A stretch of 64,000 bases of DNA. Origin: Pseudomonadota bacterium (GTDB lineage Bacteria > Desulfobacterota > Desulfobacteria > Desulfobacterales > JBDRRP01). The stretch is from positions 1 to 64,000 of the forward strand of contig JBDRRP010000108.1 of the NCBI GenBank assembly GCA_043825735.1. Reading direction: 5' to 3'. The notes under the pieces are model-generated. The model saw nothing but the letters and a program-made list of their open reading frames with translations, searched no databases and had not been told where the DNA came from. Numbering within the stretch: the first letter of the stretch is position 1; each line of letters opens with the position of its first letter. Positions 57,168 through 64,000 of this stretch are shown one piece after another. A program made the translations under genes and the position numbers.

Positions 57168-58157
57168 TCATGGCGAATGCGGATCCCGCAGGCGGGATAC
57201 CACATTCACCGGCTGATCGATGAGGCCCTGCTGGCGCATGATGTTCTCGGTCTGCTCCCAGGCCGCCCGGTCGATGGTGCCGATACGCACCGCCGGATCC
57301 GGCTTAACGAACGACCGGGTGAACGCGAGCTGGCGCGTCAGCATGGGGCGGTCCGTTTCCCGGTCGTATTTTTCCAGCACCACCAGGGCATCGTTTTCCC
57401 TTGCGGGATCCAGTGATGCCTCCCAGGCGCTGAGCAGCGCATCCAGGAATCGCCGGACCGTGTCAGGTTCTTCGACGGCCATGCGTTCGGATGTCACCAC
57501 CGAGTTGGCAACGAATTTCACGCCGTGGGCAGACGGGTCGAAAAAACGGACCGTTTCCCCGGCGCGCTTTAGATGATCCTCCAGAATCAGCCCCTGGGAA
57601 TTGCGATATACCGGCCAGATGTCCACCCGGCCCTGGTAGAAGGGCGTGTAGTCGTAGCGTACGCTGAACAATTTCACGTCATTATCGGACAACCCTGCCG
57701 AAGCCAGCAGACTGCGCATGATGGTTTCATCGTTGCCGCCATAAGTGATGCCGATCACGCGGCCGCGAAGTTCATGGGCATTGTTGATCACGGGAAGATC
57801 GGTGCGGTAGATCCACTGCAGCGGGTTGACCTGGAAAAGCTGGGCGATGACCAGCACCGGCGCACCCTTGGCGGCAGCCCGGATGACCTGGTCGGCTGAC
57901 GCCACGCCGAACGTCGCCAGCCCCAGTTCCAGCTCCTTGATGGCATCCCGTTCAGGGCCGCCGGCCTTGACAGTGACGTGCAGGCCCCTGGCCGTGAAGA
58001 ACCCCCGGGCATCCGCGTAGATGTCTCCCACCGCGCTTGAATTAAACAGCCATTTCAGCCGGTAGGGCAGCTCCTGTGCAGCCGAGGGACCCGGCATCAG
58101 GACTGACGCCATCCAGATCGCCACCGCCGCCCGCCAGAGGGCATGTCGGTATTTCAT
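57168..58157 (-). CDS. ABC substrate-binding protein, NMT1/THI5-like
   Basis: Signal peptide; RLKW, GFFTARGL.V, FGVASADQ, IAQLFQ.NP. Confidence 0.82.
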   Translation of the reverse strand: MKYRHALWRAAVAIWMASVLMPGPSAAQELPYRLKWLFNSSAVGDIYADARGFFTARGLHVTVKAGGPERDAIKELELGLATFGVASADQVIRAAAKGAPVLVIAQLFQVNPLQWIYRTDLPVINNAHELRGRVIGITYGGNDETIMRSLLASAGLSDNDVKLFSVRYDYTPFYQGRVDIWPVYRNSQGLILEDHLKRAGETVRFFDPSAHGVKFVANSVVTSERMAVEEPDTVRRFLDALLSAWEASLDPARENDALVVLEKYDRETDRPMLTRQLAFTRSFVKPDPAVRIGTIDRAAWEQTENIMRQQGLIDQPVNVVSRLRDPHSP

Positions 58158-58186
58158 GGCCACCCTTATTATTTTTGGGTCTTCTC

Positions 58187-58939
58187 CTATTTCTTAACGG
58201 CCCAACGGTTCTCCGTATAACGGCCCACCCACTCCAGGAACCCCTGATAAACGGACAGCGTGATCCCGATCAAGAACAAAGCGACCAGGATTTTTCCCAA
58301 ATCGCTCTGGTAAAGGGCGATGCGGATACTGTAGCCGATTCCGGCATTGGCGGCAATGAACTCGGCCACGATAGTGCCGGCCATCGCAAGGGTCGCGCTG
58401 CCGCTGATCACCGTGGTCATTTTGCTGAGGTTTTCAAACGTCCGGATCTTGATCTCCAATTGCCAACGCATCTTTCCGGTGACCCGGTAAAAATGCTCGA
58501 TATCGGCCACCGGCTCGCTCATGACCCCCAGCACCACCAGAAGAATGGGGAAATAGCAGATCATTGCAGCGATAAGGAGCCGGGAAACGAATCCGTCACC
58601 GAGGAGAATAAAGATGATCGGCGCTAGAGCCACGATGGGGTAGGCCTGGATGTTGTAGGCGGCCACTTTGACAAAAGAACCCAGCCAGGTGGTCTGCCTG
58701 CCCACGATCCCTACCACGAAGGCCATGGCCACGGCAATGGCCTGCCCGATAATGGCCACCTTCAAGGTGCCCAGGGTGTCGAGGCTGTACCGGCCCATGG
58801 TGGTTGATGCGGTTTCCAGCAGCAGTTCGGGGCTGGGAATGACATAGTTTGAAAGGGACAGGGCGAGCTTGAGCATCATCAGTCCAGCCACACCGGCGGC
58901 GTAAATGAGAAAAAACTGCATGATGCGCCTAAAGTGCAT
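58187..58939 (-). CDS. ABC permease (nitrate/sulfonate/thiamine-precursor type)
   Basis: IPSP, QAYPIVALAPI, IVAEFI..GIG. Confidence 0.82.
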   Translation of the reverse strand: MHFRRIMQFFLIYAAGVAGLMMLKLALSLSNYVIPSPELLLETASTTMGRYSLDTLGTLKVAIIGQAIAVAMAFVVGIVGRQTTWLGSFVKVAAYNIQAYPIVALAPIIFILLGDGFVSRLLIAAMICYFPILLVVLGVMSEPVADIEHFYRVTGKMRWQLEIKIRTFENLSKMTTVISGSATLAMAGTIVAEFIAANAGIGYSIRIALYQSDLGKILVALFLIGITLSVYQGFLEWVGRYTENRWAVKK

Positions 58940-59621
58940 TCATGATCTCCAGCATGACACGGTCCTGTTCGGCGTGGGAAGGATTTTGCCCTTTCCGCGT
59001 ATCAAGACCATCCACCACCACGGACGCCGGTGATTTGCCTGCGCCCCGCAGCACCACGATCTTCCGGCAGAAGCGGGCAACCTCCAGGATATTGTGGGAA
59101 ATGTAAATAAACCCGCGCTCGGGGAACATCGCTTTGATTTCGAGGATGATCCGCTCGCGGGTCGATTCGTCGACATTGGCCAGACTTTCGTCCATGATGA
59201 GGGCATGGAAATCTTGTGTGAGATAACGCAGCAGGTTGACCCGGTTCTTTTGTCCCAGCGAGAGCTGGGGGAAACGTTTGTCGAGACAGGCCGTAATGCC
59301 GAAATTTTCGGCCAGAGAAGAAATCTGTTTATGATGCGCCGGACTGCAGACCTTTTCCAGATGTCGGCCCACACTGGACCAGCCCGGTAGTCGCTCGGTG
59401 TTGAAGGTGTAAAGTGGGGCAATCGCCGGGTCGGCGTCCACGGTTCCCGAATAATCTTCGAGAGCCCCAGAGAGGATGGCGGCAAGTGACGTCTTGCCCA
59501 CACCGGAGGGCCCAAACAGGGCATGAAAACCCGGCAGTGGTAGTGAGAAGGATAGGTCCGTGAAAACCGCCGTTTCGGATCCTGGATATGAATAGGTAAG
59601 ATTCAGGCAACTCAGGTGCAT
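58929..59621 (-). CDS. ABC ATP-binding protein
   Basis: GPSGVGKTS, LSLGQKNRV, LIMDES, ISHN. Confidence 0.85.
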   Translation of the reverse strand: MHLSCLNLTYSYPGSETAVFTDLSFSLPLPGFHALFGPSGVGKTSLAAILSGALEDYSGTVDADPAIAPLYTFNTERLPGWSSVGRHLEKVCSPAHHKQISSLAENFGITACLDKRFPQLSLGQKNRVNLLRYLTQDFHALIMDESLANVDESTRERIILEIKAMFPERGFIYISHNILEVARFCRKIVVLRGAGKSPASVVVDGLDTRKGQNPSHAEQDRVMLEIMNAL

Positions 59622-59661
59622 GGGGCCTCTATCGGCAACGGATAATTCGTCTCCATCCACC

Positions 59662-60354
59662 TCAATGCCATTGTCGGCTGAGAAGCCCGGCGAGAAACAG
59701 GGGGACGGGGTCCGGGCACAGAGACTGAATCGATGGCAGCAATTCGGCGCCACAGTATCCCTGCCGATTATAGCCAGTGTCCATACCTTTTTGGGTGATT
59801 ACCTGCATGTGGGTATGATGAAACCATCGGCCATTGCATTCAAAGCTGCCAGTGCGGCCCACCGGTTCGCCGGCAGACACCACGGTTCCCTGTGACACTG
59901 TCCGTTCTGGATTAAGATGGCCGTATAAACTGTAAAAGGGGAGTGCTCCCGGCAGCCGGTGCTCTAAAATAAGATAACCGCCGTAGTTGCCGTTTCCCGG
60001 TTCGTATCCGCTTTCTACGACCTTTCCGGCAATCGGGGCGTGAATCGGTGTTCCCACGGGTACGATGATATCCAGCCCCAGGTGGTAGCAACGCATTTCA
60101 ACGACCATTTGGGGGAAATATCGGAGCAGGTTTTCCCGTTTTTCCAGGTAGTCACACACGCCCCATGTATGGTGAGGGTGCATCTGGTCGTCGAGCCATG
60201 CCTGGAAGCCCTCCGGGTCCAACGGATCCAGCATGGCTGAGGCGGAGGCATCATCGGAGAGCTCCAGATGATAGGGCGGCCCGCTCACATCCACCACCGG
60301 GCGACAGGAAACGGCATTTCGCATCAGCGGGTATGGGTAGTGTAGTTCAGTCAT
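59662..60354 (-). CDS. M23-family metallopeptidase
   Basis: HLGLD (HxxxD), GNYGG, SLYGHL, HHTHMQ (HxH). Confidence 0.82.
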   Translation of the reverse strand: MTELHYPYPLMRNAVSCRPVVDVSGPPYHLELSDDASASAMLDPLDPEGFQAWLDDQMHPHHTWGVCDYLEKRENLLRYFPQMVVEMRCYHLGLDIIVPVGTPIHAPIAGKVVESGYEPGNGNYGGYLILEHRLPGALPFYSLYGHLNPERTVSQGTVVSAGEPVGRTGSFECNGRWFHHTHMQVITQKGMDTGYNRQGYCGAELLPSIQSLCPDPVPLFLAGLLSRQWH

Positions 60355-60482
60355 GGCTTGTCGTTCAGAGGCGCAGGGCGGTCTGCCCATCTGCCCGTAT
60401 CACAGGAACGCCCCGTCGTCGATCCCCAGTCACGGATTATAGGGATGACAATCGGTTGGATCCCATAGGGGAAGGCCGATGA

Positions 60483-60785
60483 TCACGGGACTTCGATCAC
60501 GCAATTAAAGCTACCGAAGTCATTGAGGCATCGCCGTCCGTTGGCCGGGTCCTCGGCCCAATGGTCGTCCACCCTGAACTTGTACTCATAACGCCCGGGC
60601 TGGAGCATCACGATTTTCTTCCACACGCCATCGCTGCCCTTTTTCATGGGGTGCATGGTTTGACTCCACTGGTTGAAATCGCCTGACAGGAAAACCTGTC
60701 CGGCGTCCGGATCGGGAAAAGCGAACTGGATACGCCGTCGCGTGGGTTTTTTGGGTGTTGTCGCCGCTGTCTTGCTCTTTGCCAT
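60483..60785 (-). CDS. Glycogen-binding CBM48/AMPK-like (isoamylase early set) protein
   Basis: VFLSGDFNQW, GVW..L.PGRYEYKFRVD..W..DP, FGSFN. Confidence 0.88.
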   Translation of the reverse strand: MAKSKTAATTPKKPTRRRIQFAFPDPDAGQVFLSGDFNQWSQTMHPMKKGSDGVWKKIVMLQPGRYEYKFRVDDHWAEDPANGRRCLNDFGSFNCVIEVP

Positions 60786-60878
60786 GGGATGATCTCCTTA
60801 TTTTTAAACTAGTTGTGAGGCCCCGACGATGGCCCCTGAGGCCGTTGTGAGGATAATGACCGGCATCACTGCCGGCGG

Positions 60879-62141
60879 CTATGCCGTCTTATCCATGGTC
60901 GACAGTTCGCTGGCCCAGTCTACCGCCTGCTGGAAGGCGGCCCACGCCTTCTCACTGTCCAGATTGAGCTGGCGCATCATCATCTCGCCTTCCTTCCAGC
61001 GGCCTTCCTCCAATGCCTGGGCAAGCTGCAGGAGGGGGTAGTATTCGCTGTTGGTACTGCCGCAGAGGGCATCCTTCAGCGCGTTGTCGAGAGGCAGGTG
61101 TCCGACGATTGACGCCATTGGAGCGCCGAGCATGGCGTCGAGAAGAGAGAACATGCCCAGCAGATGGAGGCTGTCCGGGGCGAACCCCCAGAAATCATGA
61201 TCCAGTGCCACTTGCTCCAGGAACCGGCCCCGCTGGGCCGCCAGCAGGGCCAGCTCCTGAGATTCCTTATGCTGGCCCATATCCGATAGCAGAACCACTC
61301 GCAGCCAGTTTTTCATGCGGCGCCAGCCCAGTAAGGTCACGGCTTGCTGGATGGAATTGATTTTTTGCCGGAATCCGAAGGCGGCGGAGTTGAGATAGGC
61401 CAGGAGGCGGAGACTGATGGACACGTCCGTCTGGATGGCCTGCACCAGGGCCTCCATGTCGGGGTCTTCCTGCTCCAGGGCTCTCAGAAGATGAAACCGT
61501 GATACTTCCCCGGAGGAGAGCTGACGCATGGAAATCTCGTCGGGTTTTTTGAAAAATGCGCCGGAAAAGAGCGAAAACCCCATCTCTCTGCACATGCTGA
61601 AGGCGGCTGGCGTTTCCACTTCGGCGGCCAACAGTTGCGCAGAGAAGGCCTCGGCCGCAGTCACCAGTGGTGATAGGCGATCCTTTCCCTTTCCTTTCAG
61701 GGAAATGCGGAAGAAGTCTGCCAGGGCATGCAGCGGCGCCACTTCGGGGTCACCCGTAAAATGATTCACCGCGGCACGGAAGCCGTCTGATTTGAATCGG
61801 ATCAGGGCCTTCATGACTTTCGGGAGGCGGTGCATGGCTTCGTCCACCATCACCACTGTGCCGGCCGGGGGCAGGGCATAAGGCATTTGGGCCAGCAGGC
61901 TTTGCTCGTTGAAATCGACCAGAATGGTCTTTTCCCGCTCAAGGACCTGCTGGAGCCCCATGTAGGAGCTGGCAGCGACACTCACCGCCACTTCCTGGCC
62001 ATCGGCTGATGCCGCTGGGGCACCCCGGCCCCCCACACAGAAGAGTTCATACCCCCACAGGCGTCGATTGATGTCAAACACCGGGCGACGCGCAATGGAG
62101 ATTTCCATCGGTTTGGCCGGGTCTGCCTTCTGTTCGGTCAT
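60879..62141 (-). CDS. YuxH-like degenerate EAL + HDOD protein
   Basis: IARRPVFD..GYELF, FSGAFF.KP, D.SISLRLL.YLNS.AFG, SIQQAVTLLG, LLGMFSLLDAML. Confidence 0.85.
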   Translation of the reverse strand: MTEQKADPAKPMEISIARRPVFDINRRLWGYELFCVGGRGAPAASADGQEVAVSVAASSYMGLQQVLEREKTILVDFNEQSLLAQMPYALPPAGTVVMVDEAMHRLPKVMKALIRFKSDGFRAAVNHFTGDPEVAPLHALADFFRISLKGKGKDRLSPLVTAAEAFSAQLLAAEVETPAAFSMCREMGFSLFSGAFFKKPDEISMRQLSSGEVSRFHLLRALEQEDPDMEALVQAIQTDVSISLRLLAYLNSAAFGFRQKINSIQQAVTLLGWRRMKNWLRVVLLSDMGQHKESQELALLAAQRGRFLEQVALDHDFWGFAPDSLHLLGMFSLLDAMLGAPMASIVGHLPLDNALKDALCGSTNSEYYPLLQLAQALEEGRWKEGEMMMRQLNLDSEKAWAAFQQAVDWASELSTMDKTA

Positions 62142-62163
62142 AATCACCCTCCCGGAGATGCCC

Positions 62164-64000
62164 TTACACCAGTGGTCGGACGTCCCAGATGGTGGATGCG
62201 TAATCCAGCACGGATCGATCGCTGGAGAATTTGCCCATGTTGGCGGTGTTCAGGATGGAACGGCGTGTCCATTCTTCAGGGTCTTCGTAGAGACGACTGA
62301 CCGCTTCCTGGGTGGTGATGAAAGGGCGGTAGTCGGCCAGCGTCAGGTAATGGTCGGAATAGTCGCCCAGATCGAAAAGGCTCTGTATGACGGGCGCAAA
62401 TAGTCCCGGATCCTCCGGGGAGAAAACCCCACCGCCGATCATGTCGAGCACCTGGCGCAACTCGGCGTCGGTATCGTAATAGTGCCTGGGGTTGTAGCCG
62501 GACGCCCGGGTGCTGGTCACCTCATCGGCGGTAAGTCCGAAAATAAAGATGTTCTCACGCCCCACTTCTTCCATGATTTCAATATTGGCGCCGTCCAGGG
62601 TGCCAATGGTGAGGGCGCCGTTCAGGGCCATTTTCATGTTTCCCGTACCGGAAGCCTCCATTCCGGCGGTTGAGATCTGTTCTGAAAGATCCGCTGCGGG
62701 AACGATTTTCTCGGCTTGGGAAACGCAGTAGTTGGGCAAAAATGCCACCCGCAGGCGTCCCCGGACCTCCGGGTCGACGTTTACCACGGCGGCTACAGCG
62801 TTGATGAGTTTGATGATGCGTTTGGCCTGCTGGTAGGCCGGCGCCGCCTTGCCGGCAAAGAGCACGGTCCGGGGCACAGTGGGCGCGGCAGGGTCGGTCT
62901 TGATGCGATTATAGAGTGTCACCACGTGGAGCACGTTGAGCAGTTGGCGTTTGTATTCGTGGATGCGTTTCACCTGGACATCGAACAGGGTGTCAGGATC
63001 GATGCCCAAACGGATCTTTCTCATCACGTAGCGCGCCAGGCGTTTTTTGTTTTCCCGGCGGATATCGCGCCAGGCGCTGCGAAACGCGGGGTCCTCTGCC
63101 AGGGGCACCAGCCCTTTGAGCCGGTCGAGATCACAAATCCATTTGTCACCGATATGCTCGGTAATAAGCGCAGCCAGCGACGGGTTGCACTGTTGCAGCC
63201 ACCGGCGGGGCGTGATGCCGTTGGTGACGTTTTTGAATCGGCCGGGAAACACCCGGTTGAAATCAAAAAACAGGCTGGTGCGCAGGATGTGAGAATGCAG
63301 TTCGGCCACACCGTTGACCGAGTGGCTTCCGATGATGGCCAGGTGCGCCATCCGTACTCGACGTTCTCTGCCTTCCTGGAAGATGGACAGTTTGGCGGGC
63401 AGATCGGGTTCGTCGGGATAGCGCTCTCGGATGTCGCCCAGAAAACGGCGGTTGATTTCGAAGATGATCTCCAGATGTCGGGGCAGCAGCCGTCCGAAGA
63501 GATCCTCCGGCCAGGTTTCCAGCGCTTCGGGCAGGACCGTGTGATTGGTGTAGGCGAAGGTGCCTTGGCAGATGTCCCAGGCCGCTTCCCATTCCAGGCC
63601 TTCTTCATCGATGAGAATGCGCATGAGTTCGGCCACAGCGATGGCCGGGTGGGTGTCGTTGAGCTGGATGGCCACGTAGTCGGGCAGGGCGGTGAAGGAG
63701 GACTCCTGCTTACGGTATCGCCGGAGAATGTCAGATAGGGTGGCGGCAACAAAAAAATACTGCTGCTTGAGTCGAAGTTCCTTTCCCGATTGGACCTCGT
63801 CGCTGGGGTAAAGGACCCTGGAGATAGTTTCGCTGATGACCTTTGCTTCAACGGCGCCAATGTAATCGCCCTGGTTGAAGTCGGACAGATCGAATTCGCG
63901 GCTGCTTTTGGCTGCCCATAGACGCATGTTGGTGACGTAGTCGTCCCCGTATCCCGGGATGAGGATGTCATAGGCCATGGCAACCACGGCTTCACCGCCC
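62164..64000 (-). CDS. glgP: Glycogen/starch phosphorylase (5' end outside the window)
   Basis: LRLKQQYFF, QLNDTHP, YTNHT, NGVAELHS, NGITPRRW, VKRIHEYKRQ, PLP site EASGTGNMK, FSSDRS. Confidence 0.96.
   Translation of the reverse strand, partial: GGEAVVAMAYDILIPGYGDDYVTNMRLWAAKSSREFDLSDFNQGDYIGAVEAKVISETISRVLYPSDEVQSGKELRLKQQYFFVAATLSDILRRYRKQESSFTALPDYVAIQLNDTHPAIAVAELMRILIDEEGLEWEAAWDICQGTFAYTNHTVLPEALETWPEDLFGRLLPRHLEIIFEINRRFLGDIRERYPDEPDLPAKLSIFQEGRERRVRMAHLAIIGSHSVNGVAELHSHILRTSLFFDFNRVFPGRFKNVTNGITPRRWLQQCNPSLAALITEHIGDKWICDLDRLKGLVPLAEDPAFRSAWRDIRRENKKRLARYVMRKIRLGIDPDTLFDVQVKRIHEYKRQLLNVLHVVTLYNRIKTDPAAPTVPRTVLFAGKAAPAYQQAKRIIKLINAVAAVVNVDPEVRGRLRVAFLPNYCVSQAEKIVPAADLSEQISTAGMEASGTGNMKMALNGALTIGTLDGANIEIMEEVGRENIFIFGLTADEVTSTRASGYNPRHYYDTDAELRQVLDMIGGGVFSPEDPGLFAPVIQSLFDLGDYSDHYLTLADYRPFITTQEAVSRLYEDPEEWTRRSILNTANMGKFSSDRSVLDYASTIWDVRPLV

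Noticed and set aside
1055..63995. Long antisense or alternate-frame ORFs in the track (e.g. 1055..1987, 50234..51316, 50994..52199, 54002..55069, 62716..63738, 63024..63995, 23259..23984)
   Set aside because: They overlap well-supported genes or repeats and have no motifs; expected shadow ORFs in GC-rich DNA.

Overview
64 kb of mostly housekeeping chromosome from a GC-rich bacterium. Gene content and repeat style suggest Desulfobacterota (Desulfobacterales-like); this is an inference. The window opens with the 3' end and right inverted repeat of an IS3-family element. The most notable region is a ~16.5 kb co-oriented minus-strand locus (366..16921). In transcription order it encodes: pilD; a REC-HD-GYP protein; a Na+-type motA/motB pair; mglB; mglA; a helical scaffold-like protein; a Zn-ribbon/TM/Cache-like/TM/HAMP sensor with no output domain; a tandem PATAN/DUF4388-like protein; two paralogous [REC-DUF4388-like + small Roadblock-like] modules flanking a metallophosphoesterase and Ser/Thr kinase-DUF1566 pair; a TPR-fused PilB/GspE ATPase; and a stand-alone receiver. 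This looks like an uncharacterised small-GTPase signalling/polarity system wired to a pilus-type motor. The rest contains lon, tsaB, psd, greA, rpoZ, a ttcA-like gene, folE2, dacB, dtd, tex, an RNase Z-like gene, recJ, miaB, ilvA, two ABC systems (one coupled to a transglutaminase-like protein), ygiQ, yihY, ychJ, asmA, sixA, ybaK, an arsS-like radical SAM plus CMD pair, and the 3' part of glgP. Several intergenic palindromic/REP-like elements are present. No rRNA, tRNA or CRISPR array was seen. All domain calls come from recognising motifs by eye, not from database searches. Start codons were adjusted where an RBS or family N-terminus supported it.
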